A program made the translations under genes and the position numbers. Below, in pieces: positions 13,545 through 25,551 of a stretch of 64,000 bases of DNA. Position 1 is the stretch's first letter. Each line of letters starts with the position of its first letter. The notes below the pieces were generated by a model, which made no database searches, was not told the origin of the DNA, and saw only the letters and a program-made list of their open reading frames with translations. The DNA comes from the human T2T-CHM13v2.0 reference genome, Homo sapiens, in NCBI RefSeq assembly GCF_009914755.1, contig NC_060932.1. One strand, 5' to 3'.

Positions 13545-13640
13545 GGGCTATGAAATTGAAAAGGACTCTAGATGCCATTTTATAGATGAGAAAATTGAGG
13601 TCTACAATAATTCAAATCTACAACTAGAATTTAATACTCT
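13545..13640 (-). mobile_element. MIR/MIR3 fragment
   Basis: gaaaaggactctagatgccattttatagatgagaaaattgagg. Confidence 0.65.
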
Positions 13641-13789
13641 TAAAGACCCAGTAAATATAAATTTTGAGCGTCATTACTGTATGCTAAGCTATAGCAATAA
13701 ATTAAACTGAAAACATTCCTTTCATCATAGAATTTACATTCTGCCTTTCCTACCAAAGAACTTGATCTATAATAGGTGTGCCATATATA

Positions 13790-14615
13790 TAGTCATGCAT
13801 GCTTTAATGATAGGGATATATACTGAGAAATGCATCATTAGGTGATTTAGTCCTTGTGTGGACTTCCTAGAGTATGCTTATACAAACCTAGATTGTATAC
13901 ACTTTGGGTAGATGGTATAGCCTATTGCTCCTAAGCTATGAACCTGTGCAACATATTATTGTATTGAATACTGTTAGCAGTGGTAACACAATGGTAAGTA
14001 TTTGTGTGTTTACACATAAAAAAGGTACAGTAAAAGTATGGTATAAAAGATGAAAACATGGTACCTCTGTATAAGTCACTTAACATGAATGGAGTTTGCA
14101 GGACTGGAGGTTCCTCTGGGTGAGTCAGTGAGTGGTGAGTGAATGTGAAGGCATAAGACATTATTCTACACTACTGTAGACTTTTTAAACACTGTACACT
14201 TGGACTACACTCAATTTATAAAAACATTTTTCTTTCTTCAACACTAACTTAATCTTACCTTACTGTAACTTCTTTCCTTAACAAAGTCTTAAATTTTTAA
14301 ACTTTTGACTCTTTTTATGCAATAACACCTAGCTTAAAACACAAATGCATTGTACAGCTGTTCAAAAACATTTTCTTTATTCATATTCTTATTTTATAAG
14401 CTTTGTTTTCTATTTTTAAAATTTAATATTATTTTAACTTTTTAAATTTTTTTGTTAAAAACTAAAACACAAATACACACATTAGCCTGGGCACACACAG
14501 AGTCAGGATCATCACTACGTGACAGGAAATTTTCTACTCCATTATAATCTTATAAAACCACCATAGTATTTGTGGTCCATGGTTGACCAGAATGTCATTA
14601 TGCAGGGCATGATTC
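13790..14615 (+). mobile_element. Tigger3 (GOLEM/MER7) non-autonomous DNA transposon, Tigger3b-like
   Basis: Terminal repeats agtcatgcatgctttaatga ... tcattatgcagggcatga; internal tacaaacctagat, ggtatagcctattgctcctaagcta, gtgagtggtgagtgaatgtgaaggc. Confidence 0.92.
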
Positions 14616-14921
14616 AAATTTATTCATGTATGCTAGATAAATAACTATTGCTCAACCTATTAATTATGAAGGCGAAATTTTCATCCTGGTCTCTGAACTC
14701 CTAATATTTGTAATTTTTCTGAAGCATTTTGTTGCCTCTTTGATAATTACCCAAACTGCAATTTTTAAAGTAAGTTTGAGATGGGATAGTAATTTTTAAA
14801 TTATACTTAACTTTCTGTAATAGTTACAAAATAAGTGTGTATTCACAGGAGTGGGAAGGGATGGGTTATTCAATCTGCTATATGGCAGGACTTCTCTCTA
14901 TGTATAGTTTAAATGCAATTT

Positions 14922-15000
14922 CGTGCATGCGTGCGTGTGTATGTGTGTATACACGTGATCTCAATTCAATTACATACGTACATGCATATATGTATGCATA
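14922..15000. repeat. Alternating purine-pyrimidine (TG/TA/CG) simple repeat
   Basis: cgtgcatgcgtgcgtgtgtatgtgtgtatacacgtg and tacatacgtacatgcatatatgtatgcata. Confidence 0.85.
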
Positions 15001-15019
15001 AAAAATATGTGTTTATTCT

Positions 15020-15170
15020 CAATTCAATAACTCCACAAGCATTATTCATCCTATCTTACAGATGCTCAAAATAAGATTGAGAAAAAATAAGCATATCTAG
15101 TTATTGACATAAACGGATTTTGACCTCAGAGCTGTCTGAATTCAAAGCCTGCACTCATGATCACACTTCC
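15020..15170 (-). mobile_element. MIR
   Basis: attattcatcctatcttacagatg...ggattttgacctcagagctgtctgaattcaaagcctgcactc. Confidence 0.7.
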
Positions 15171-15499
15171 TACAACTAATCCTGCACTGCAAGCTAATCT
15201 GCCAGGAAATTAACCTTTACAGTGTGACTTACTCTCCAAGGGATCTTCAGGCTACCATGCTACATTGCACCTGGATTCATCAGGTGCTCATCTTAGGGAA
15301 TTCCACTGAAACTTAATGCAATTTTCAATGCCAGAGAGAAAATTCAATGTTGAGTAAAACCACCAATATAGAGTGCATTTTTTGACTCCGACTCAGCTAT
15401 GATTTCTATTTCACTTATAAAAGTAATATGAGCTATCTAGCAGAAGACTATGTATGAATTTGAGTCACCTTAAGAAATTAATATTCCTGCTTTCAAACT

Positions 15500-16680
15500 A
15501 AAACGCGTGCCAAATCCAGTGGACATAAATCTTCTTGGAACCCTGCTGCATTGGAATTTGTTGAACACACTCTCCTGAAACAGTCTCTTCCCTCAGCTCC
15601 ACATGTCCTGGATGTCCTCCGGTATCTTTGACTGCCCTTTATTTCTTCTCTCAGTCCCTGTTGTTCTCAGGAACTCTGCATCTCACTGCTCTTCTAAGTC
15701 AACATATTCTCCCCATATGATCATGTCCTCTCCCCTGATCTTAGCAACCAAAAAACAGATGCATGGCTCTCCTATCTTCATCTCTATCCAGACCTTTTCT
15801 GGGATCTACAGTTGTGTAAGCCCAAACACCTGATGAATTTCCCATTGCTGATCTCCTATTTTTCCCATCCAAAAATTAAAATTATCATCTCCCCTACCTT
15901 ATTTCTTCTCATCTGTTTCTTACTCCACATTTCCTTTGTGAAGTCTTTGAATACAAACTAGGTCATTTACATTTATCTCTATTGTTTTTTAGTGTGTTAG
16001 CCTCTAATGGAATACCTACACCACTTTCACCCTTCCAGGCCTAGATTCACTCTTCTCAATAATTCCTAAAATCAAACCATCACTTAGCCCCACTCAGTCT
16101 AGATAAGTGTTCCTTGAATTTCAACGGGCATGCAAATAACCAGAGGATCTTGATACAACAGATTCTGATTCTGTAGGGTTGGAGCGGGAGCCTCAGATTT
16201 TGCTCCTGGGTTATGCCCATGCTGCTGTCTGCAGACCTCACTTTGGTATTATCTCTTTACTCATCTTGTTGCCTCCAATTTGCTTTCTTTTGGCAGTCTC
16301 TCCTTACACTCATTCTAGAATGAACTGGAAAATTGGCCATATCTTCTGCTTAAAATCTTTCTCAAGCATTCTCAATCAAAATCTTGGCTTCCTAGGTCCA
16401 GACATCCTGCAACATCTCACAGATTTTAATGCACTTATACTATAAGATTCATCTTAGGTGCCTCTTCCTCCAGAAAGCCTTCTTGGATATGCAGCATCTT
16501 CACTCTTTATTCCCCACATGTCCCTAGAAATTTCTGTCTATGTGCTTATTTCCTGTTTCTGCAGCGTAAGCTTTTTAAAATGAAGAACAAGTTCTTGATC
16601 ACCTTCGTGATACATTGTGCCTAGGATAGTGCTTCTATACACTTCATGTTCAGTACTCGTTTGCTGAGTTAAACTGAACA
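15500..16680 (+). mobile_element. L2 fragment interrupted by MER5A
   Basis: L2 body motifs, ending gtaagcttttt...gtgcctaggatagtgct...tgttcagtactcgtttgctgagttaaactgaa. Confidence 0.72.
16105..16248. mobile_element. MER5A (hAT-Charlie)
   Basis: cagattctgattctgtagggttggagcgggagcctcagattt...atgctgctg...gacctcactttg. Confidence 0.8.
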
Positions 16681-19427
16681 TATTAAATTTTTTTACATTC
16701 TACTTTCAAAAGTACATCAGCCTTTTCAGGCAAAATATAAATATGCCATCATATTTTAGTGGAAAATTACAGAATAAGCTTGGAGCGTTGGACCACTTTC
16801 AGAAACAGTGGCAGAGAATGATTCAATAAATTAATTAGAAATTTTATTTCTTTATAGCACATTTTGCTCATGGACTTTAAAGAAATATCCTATTTTTATT
16901 ATCTGAAAATATAGAAAAAAATATATCATATTACCTGGAAGTAATGCCATGTTGACGAACAAATTTATAATTATAAATGCCAAATGTTATGAAAAGAGAA
17001 GACATAAAGACACATGGAAGGTACGCTAGTTAAAGCCGCAAAGTTAATTCAATAGTAATGAGTTGTGGGAAAAAAATATATAAAAAATGCAGCTTATTGC
17101 AATCTCCAGAATATATCATAACATCTCTTCCTGCAAAAGTGGTATTAATGTTAAACTATGTTATTTCATTTTGAATATGCAGACGTCTTATTTGAAATGC
17201 GTAATACATTCAGCTAAAACATGCTGATGTCAGCTACAATCACAGATGAGGTAAAAAACAAAGTTTGGGCTTCCTTCTGACTGTGTTGGATGACTTATTA
17301 AAATGTGCAGGTACGGAAATGGCCCTATTGGTAGATCGGCGGCTGCACATTTTGCTCCCTGCTTCGGCAACATACCGGGGAAAATTTGTGATTGATGACC
17401 TGTGGAAAGATTAGAAGAAGGAAAAAAATATGCTACACTTGCTTCTCTACAGGCAGACTGAATTTCCTTTTTTCAAAAGTAACTATTTTATTCTCGAAGC
17501 TGTTTGCACGTAGGCAAATTCAGTTGGTTTTAATGTCTTTTTTCCCCAGGTAAAAATGTAAAGATAAACTAGGTTTACGGACAAATGACCCTTATTACAT
17601 AACTGAGATATCAAGTTTTCCCTTTAAGATAGTGCAGTTATGGGGTTTTGAAAATTCTTTTAAGAAACAATTGATACTCTTAGCACAATTATGACATGTG
17701 TCACAAATATGAACCAAACCAGTTTCTATGAAATGATCGTTTATATAACTTTCAGACTTGCACTGCCTTTTTTTTTTTTTGCAATGGAAAAAAATGTGTT
17801 ATATAATTTGCTCTTACAATTTAAGGATTGAATTCCTCTAATTTTACAGGTGAAACAGTCTTTAATTGTCTACACATTACATTCTTCCAAATGGGTGAGG
17901 ACTGCCCCCAAAGAGCATCGCTATCTTAAAGAAACAGCTTCATTTTCCTTTTCCTTGTCTTCTGTAGATATCATGTTTTCTTTGAACCATTCTTACTACT
18001 TCGTAGAATTCAAATAAGCATGATTGACCCACTTTAAATTTTTGTAAGGAAAACAATTTCCTAATGACAGTCTCTTTAAAATTGGTTGTTCAGGTGGAGT
18101 TTGCATTCTGATACATGACAGGATTATAATATTCTTGAAGGCTACTTAGTAGAGTATTTATGTTTACTCTGGGCCCTTTGAAAGTTGAAGACAAGGCTGC
18201 ACTCTATTCGAAACACATTAATATAAAATTACCTATTGAAGAGCCATTGGCAAAGCTGGACTTATTGGAAAGAATTCTTGGTGGAGTGTTGAAATGGTAA
18301 ATGCATGGGAGAGGTCAGAGTATCTGCACCCACTCGTACCACAAACAACTTAATTCTAGAAATGACCCTCTTCGGTGACTTGTAAACCTAGTAATGTTAG
18401 CTTAACTCGCTTCGGGGAAGAAGAATTTAAAGCATATTCGCATCTACCTGACACCTTTTATCCAAGAATATTTATGAAGTATCATTATGACACAAAATGG
18501 TCGATAAAAATGCAGCAGGGAAGAAGGAAAAACAGGGTTCTTAGAAAGTTATTTGTACTGAGATTTACATCAGGAAATTTTAGTAACAGAAAAACTATCC
18601 TCGGTAATAAAATTTTTTCATAAGTAGCTGCTTTTAAATTACCTTAAAAATATTAAATCAACATTTTTAAAAAGTTGGGCTGGGAGCCTTAAAAGGTTCT
18701 ATTTTTTGCACAAAGATTAAAATTAAGCCTAAACTCAACTTAAATTTTTTTCATCTGTGGAGGAATACAAGAAAAATGAATTCATAAAACTAAAGAGGAG
18801 TATCAAATGACATGAAAGATAAACTGACAGTTGTATGTTTTAGGCACTGTCTTTCTTTTAAAATTACACAACAATCAAAATAGAAATGCCCACAGTTTAA
18901 AGAAAATATGCTGACATTGGATTATTTTCTTTTTAAAGAACTAGCTTTTACTGGGAAGGAAAATGTATGGCAATTTTAAAACAGGCCTCAAAATACCCAG
19001 TTTGTGGATGTTTGAGTTACTGCGAGTAATACAATTGTTGAATATTCATTCAGAATAACATTCACAATAATTTGCATTCTTCTACATATAAGAAGAAAGT
19101 AGTAATGAGAATAAATATAATATTTTTAAAAATCCTATTTTCTCCATTCCAATAGATAGCACTCTTCCACCTTCTCCAAATGCAATCGTCTTCATTGGAC
19201 CTCCCTGCAACTCCCTCCTCCCACCAGTATTTCTTTTTCTATTAGGTATTGGAAAGAACAAGAAAATAAAACTATTACGGTATTTTCTCCATTGGTTCAA
19301 ATAGCAACAATAAATATGTTGATCAACGTTGTCAGGTGAAATTCCCCCACCAAAAGTCAACTTCACATTAAGATATTGCAGATCAGGTGCGGATCTTATG
19401 ACATTTTCTTGAAAGATAGAGCCAAAT

Positions 19428-19510
19428 AAAGAAATGAAATGATGCAGACAAAGCACTTAGCACAGGGCACTGCACACAGCAAAGACTTGGAACATTTTGT
19501 TATGATGTTG
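19428..19510 (+). mobile_element. MIR 3' end
   Basis: aaatgaaatgatgcagacaaagcacttagcacagggcactgcacacagcaaagac. Confidence 0.7.
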
Positions 19511-21599
19511 ATGGTGGTGGTAATGAATAATGATAATGATAAAATACAAATATACATGGTACAGGTCGTAATTACTATAGTGTATCTAATTGCAAGCAAT
19601 ATTTACTTATATATTAAGGTGCAGAAAATATCAAAAACTTACATTTCAAGATCTCCTCTCATGAGCACATGAAAAGATATAACAGATACATACTAGCAAT
19701 GAATATTATTAATATTGTTAGGTAAATTATGCTATTTTAAAATTAAATATACAAACATTTGTGGGTTTTTTTTCAAGTCAATGGTTAAGTATTTAGCTTT
19801 GCCTTTAAGAAAAGAAACTCAGTGTACAGCTTGAATCCACTAGTCCTCATAAATCAGAAACGCCTTGGCAATCCATTGAAGCAAAAACTTTAAAATTGTG
19901 TAAAGTGGCTTAGGGAAAAGTATTATGTATACTTCACTAGGAGGATGTCAGTGTTTTGTTTAGGTAGTCAGTCTGTGACATGTGTGTCTGACATATTAAA
20001 TAGTTGTACGAAATATATTTTAAAACACTCAGAAATAACCCAGCAACTTAACAAACACTCTTACCATCGTCAGGAAATCACAAAACGTTGAAGATATTTC
20101 TGTGCTAGAGAAATTACTCTTTGTAGTGACATTTTCTTTAGAAGTCCTCTTTGAATGGGGTTTCAAAATCTTTCCTAAGAACCTTGTTTTGTTCTTGTTT
20201 CCTAAGAGTGAAAATAATAATAATAATAATTGCCAAACTTCAGAAATGATTGTTTGGGAATTGCTCAGATGTAAAACTTAGCCAAGCACACTTGTCTCAA
20301 TATTTTTTTAAAAACCTTGTGATATGTGAAGCCCAGAAATGAACGCTATTCCTGCTTCCTAGGATGATTTTGAAATGCTAAAATGAGACATTGTGATCCT
20401 GTAATCTGCTAAATGTTTTATGTATCCATATTACTGATCTAAAATTTAATAAGAAAATAATGCACTTTGCTAACTCTGTGAGGGAAACATACCATAACAG
20501 TAATCTGGCTCATAGAGAATTCTGTTATCTACCTATATTTCAATTATGATAAAATTTTTATCAGGTCAAAATAATTTTTCATCATAAATGTTCAGTTTTG
20601 TTTTTCTCTAGCAATTATTTTTAAAACTTCAAACGAACAATATGGATAAACAAAGAGAATTAATCCTATTCCATTCTATAGGGGACTGGGAGGCAATTTG
20701 GCAGTCCTAAGTATTAGTTAACATTTAAATTTCAAATATGACAAAAGACTATTTGAAAAAAGAAATACAGTCTTTTAAAAAGATTGTATCAGAATAAACC
20801 TTTTTGCTTAAAGGTTATCTAGTGTTTGTTTTCTTTGCCAATACTTTACACATTTCCATAAACAAATACTCTTTTTTCGTCTCTAATAAAATCCACATAC
20901 CTGGTCTCAAATTACTAAATCAAACTGCTCAGTATGTTTTGGATAAAGTTACTAAGCCAATCCAGAGATCTGCTTCTTGAGAAACAGCAGGGTGACATGG
21001 TCTTTTGGTAGAAAGCAACTGAAAGCACAGTAACAAAACAGTATTCTAGAAAAATATAGTAGTAGCATGGATCTTTGATTAACTTTTAGATCCAGTTAGG
21101 ATGCTTGCCGAAATAAGTATTTATAAAATATTTCCCTTTGCTCTTCCAAAAGTGCCCATTGCTTTAAAATGTTTGTTACTGCGATGTGACTGCTTTTTAA
21201 ATGTTGTCAGCTACTTAGAATGATGGGACACTCTTTGTTTGTCAGTTCATTAATTTATTTAAGATGTGTGTATGGTCAGATTCATGAAGGTAATAAATCT
21301 CTTTTGTAGAGACAGATAATTACTTTAACATGGCAAGACACAATAACATAGAACTTAATACAAAGTAAGCTTAGCATATGCATGATAGAAAACAATACAA
21401 TCCAAATATTAATAGAAAATAAAAAACAGTTCTCAATTACATAATAATTGAAGAGAACACATTTGGAAGTTGAACATTTGATATTTTCTCCCTCTAACAA
21501 GCTTGCCTTATTGCTAGATACTTTCCCACATTAAAATTCCACCAATGCCACCGTATTCCAATCTCTAGGGAGCCCTTTCCCCTCTTGAAAATATTTTGG

Positions 21600-22200
21600 G
21601 GTTTCACAAAAATCGTTTGCCTGTCTCAGTGGATTGAACCTCAAAGACTCCTTTGACGCAAGTGTTATTTTGACCACGTGAACATGGTTTCCATTTTTTA
21701 ACTAGATTAAAACATGCATGAACAAACTGCTTATTGAACTTTAAAGTTGCTTTGTTGCTTTGATGGTTTACAGATTTCTGTTTCATAGACGGTTCCCCCC
21801 CAAACATTCTAAAAGTGAAATGATACATTGTAACTTGAATGATAATTTTGTTTTGATGATTTAATTGATAGCAGACAGAGGGACACAATCTCTGCTTTTC
21901 CGTTTATGTTTTTCCCCCTGCTGAACAGATGAGACAACTAGGAGTTTCATAAACATCTGTAAATAATTAAGGGACGTTACACTAAACTGTATTTCCTTTA
22001 CCTTCACCCAGGCTTTTCTTGAGGAACTACATGGTAATCTTGGTTCAGAGAAAGAGCACCTTCTTCTTGTCACTCAGAAATCGTTGCCCTTTCTTTTTGT
22101 TAGTTTAGGTGATGATTAAAGGCAATCTTCCCACGTTAATTTTCATGACGCCGGAGAACGTCTTCCCACATCTTTTATTGTTATCATTCCGATAGTCTTT
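21600..22200. promoter_or_regulatory. Candidate enhancer in unique sequence
   Basis: Repeat-free and CpG-retaining; TCF/LEF-type tcaaag (21641), ctttga (21651), ctttgat (21758); E-box cacgtg (21675); function inferred only. Confidence 0.35.
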
Positions 22201-23084
22201 GCAGCTACTCACTTTACCTAATTCTAATTCATTCTAATTCTCTCTCTCTTTTTCTTTCACTTTTTTCAAGTAAGTCTTTCACAGCTGTTCCTATGCTTTT
22301 GACAAACCCCGTTTTCAATACACATCATGCAAAATGCTGGGAAAAAAATCAGAACATGGCTTCTTCTAATCTGTGTGCTTGATTCTGTGGCAATACCATA
22401 TTTTAGAAGATATGTTCATCTTTGTATGGACATGTACAAAAAGGAGAGTGCCAGCTGTTCAAACCTGCTCCACCTATGTTGCATCCAAGAAGCTATTCAG
22501 TTCCGTTTATCAGCTATTAAAAAGATTAGATTACATCCTAAGTGGTCTCTGACTTTCAGTGTGGAGCATCCTCAATGGATAAAATATACATATATTCGTT
22601 CTGCTACTAAAATATCTCTGTTGGCTTCAGTCCTAACAGGAGCTTACAGACTTGTAGAAAGAAAAATTCTATCAGCAAACTGAAAAACAAATCCAAACAC
22701 TTTCATTGAGTGCTGTTTGGTTATCCTAACACATATAAGGTCAAAGATTGAGAAGCTACTATATATTTATTTTGACCTACTGCCTCGAGTTTTTCGATGT
22801 TGTTTTCTATTTATGGAAAGTCATAGCCTTGGGAAGTCTTTATGGCATTTGCTAGATAAACTGTTTTGCTCTGAGTTCACCTTCTAAATTCCTCTCTCCA
22901 CCCCTATCCCCCAACGTCAGGAAAGTTTGTATTATTGATAGTTGGTTAGACTTTTCCACTGAAAAGTTCAGGAAAATGGAGTGAAATTTTTAGTTTTAGT
23001 CACCAAGATATTTACAGGAGGCAGAAACATAGTTGGCGCAAAACTTTAACAATCGTTTAAAGTCTTTGATAAGTCTAGTTTTGA

Positions 23085-23530
23085 TTTTGCACTTTGACTG
23101 AAATAATTTACACGTAGACCAGTGCACCTAAGTAGTCAGCTGGAGAATTTTCACAAACTGAGCACTCTCATATATCCACTACGCTAGACAAGAAACAGAA
23201 CAATGCCAGCATCTGAGAGGTACCCATCAGTCTCCTTTCCGGTCCCCCCTCCCAACCAACGGCAACAACTATCCTGACTTTTACTTAATGTTTTTAAAGA
23301 GCTTAGTGAATAATTATAAAGTGAACACCCACTTTACACCGACAACCCAGGTCAAGAAATCGAACTTTATCAGCCACTTAAAAACTCGTTGTGCTCCATC
23401 CTAATCACAGACACTTGCTTTCTTCAAATGTAACCGCGCTCCTGACTTTTACTTTAATCATTTCCTTGCCTTTATTTTTCTGTTTTTGTCATGCATGCAT
23501 GAATCCCTAGACGTGATACTTTAAACTATA
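23085..23530 (-). mobile_element. Two tandem old L1 (L1MC/L1ME) 3'-end fragments
   Basis: gaattttcacaaactgagcac...caagaaacagaacaatgccagca...caactatcctgacttt, then aaagtgaacaccc...ccaggtcaagaaatcgaac...tcctgactttt. Confidence 0.75.
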
Positions 23531-24186
23531 TTTAATTATGATACCTCTGTTTCCCGAGCATTTTCAACAAAACAAGTATATAGAATATTGATTTGTATTT
23601 ACTTGCTATTGACAAAACTTCAAGATTGGTAGTGCATGCTGAAAACCTTGATATTAAGAAGCTTGCAAGAGAAATAAGTTAAAGTGTGTTGGACAGTGGT
23701 CTGGAAGAAGAAACAAATCAGTAACTAGCACTCTAACTCCCCTTCTGAAGAGGCTGGGGAATAAAGCAGCAGGGAGGAAAAATTAACTACCTTCTTTTAA
23801 CTAGATTCTACCCCCAGGCTAAATTTTTGATTACTCACAGACAGATTTGCATTTTGCCTGTTTGTACCTTACCTGGTATATGAATGAACAGAGAACTCCA
23901 GTCTCTAGCCCTGACAGTCCCTTTTACCTTGTAAAATCACATTTATTCATCACCTCATTAAATTGAAGAAAATGAACAAAATATAAACAAGGTAGATGGG
24001 AGAACACTAGGGGTGGTCTTCTATTAATTCTAAACTAGAAGAGATTGCCCCAGGAGCAGGTAGGGGATAAGTCTTCATGGTCATTGAAAGTCTTTCCTTC
24101 TTTTATCATTAGGATTTCATTCAAAAATGGGTCCAAGACTTGGGGGTGGAATGTGTTGGTGGAAATTGAGGAGACTCACAAAAAGT

Positions 24187-24243
24187 CACATACACATACA
24201 CACACACACATATACACACATGCACCCGGAGAAAAAACACACA
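24187..24243. repeat. Interrupted (CA)n microsatellite
   Basis: cacatacacatacacacacacacatatacacaca...cacacac. Confidence 0.9.
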
Positions 24244-25551
24244 CCCTCCTCACCAAATGTGCTTGTTGCACACAGTATTTCTTTTGGCAAAGTTTAGACA
24301 TGTCTTTCTAGTTAACAAATGTATTCTGTTGTCAGCTCCTTTAAAAATTACAACCCATGCTTCATGCCAAATAACCTCTTTAAATATTAATAAATAACTC
24401 AAGGTATCTTAGACAGTCTGTGCTTGAGGAATTATGCTTATAGTTTCAATAGAAATGACAGAGGGAATCCCCCTTTCAATATTTGGCCCAGTAGCAGGCT
24501 TCCTCCAATGCAGCCTCCAAACTGGTGCACTCCTGCAAAAGGGGTAAAAACAAAAAAAAACCCAAAAAACAAAAAAAGGATGTCAGTTTATTTTATTCCT
24601 ATGAGCTATGTTTTGTGCATAGACCCACTGCAGGCCCCTCCAGAACCTTGTGGTTTCATTGTCAGGATTCTGTATTGCTAATCCAAACCAGGCCATTCTG
24701 ATCCTAGCTGTACAACCGACATCCTGACGTTTGCTGCTTAGATGAACAAGGATAAAGAGTCATCCGTAGATGGTTAGAAGAACTCACTGAATCTGCATCT
24801 ACTGCTTGTGTCCATGTGGTAGGACCTTGAAGGAACCCTCTGATTAATCCCACTGCTGGGGGATATGGCTTGGATTTTAAGCACAGCCATTGTAACTTGT
24901 ATATGTGTATGTTTTCTCTAGTTTATTCCAGTCAGTTGATTTTATTTTCCAGCCTATCTCACAAATTTGCATTAATCAAGGCAAAAATGATTTTTCTCTG
25001 AATTATCTTTAAAATATTTCAAATTATCTCTTCAGCAAATCACCCTTCCTGCATGGACTTTGCCCAAGAGATACAAACAAGTTTGTAGATAGTCATCAAC
25101 TAAGTTTCATGACATCAGCAATGGCTGAGATAATTTATAGAGGAGTGTGAGGATACAGGCAAATGATCTTATGTGGTGACCCTGTAACTCAGCTTTCTTC
25201 ACAGAAAGAAGGTTAAGAGACTCTTGAATCCTGTCCCACCTTCCCCTAGATAGAATATCAAACAAGAGCTTTCTAGCTATATCCCCCTGCTCATCGTCAG
25301 CAGGGTTAAAATATAAATTAAATGTAATTTAGTTGTGTTATTCATTCATATTGAGATTAATATGTCTTTAAAGCAAAACAGATGGCTTATTTAAATGTTT
25401 CCATTTTGTTTTGTTCTGAATTGGGAATATAGGACATATACAATATTACCAAAGATGATTAAAAAATTACTATTCTATAATGCAAAAATACAAAATTAAT
25501 TAATATTTGGGTCATATGTGTCTGTATACAGTTGTTATTTGTGCTAGTTAT

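Noticed and set aside
16963-16978. 16-bp palindrome atttataattataaat
   Set aside because: A/T-only in very AT-rich DNA; plausible by chance.
17353-17414. U6 snRNA pseudogene call
   Set aside because: Only short ordered words match, several gaps are needed and the ACAGAGA box is absent; kept only as a remark in the hairpin finding.
17535-17556. ttttttccccAG|GTAAAA, a possible recursive (zero-length exon) splice site
   Set aside because: The regenerated donor GTAAAA is weak against GTAAGT, AG|GT is common at ordinary acceptors, and plus-strand transcription is not established.
17850-17894. 45-nt plus-strand cassette exon (ttttacAG ... TGG|GTGAGG)
   Set aside because: The peptides VKQSLIVYTLHSSKW and ETVFNCLHITFFQM match nothing I recognise, and no partner coding exons are visible.
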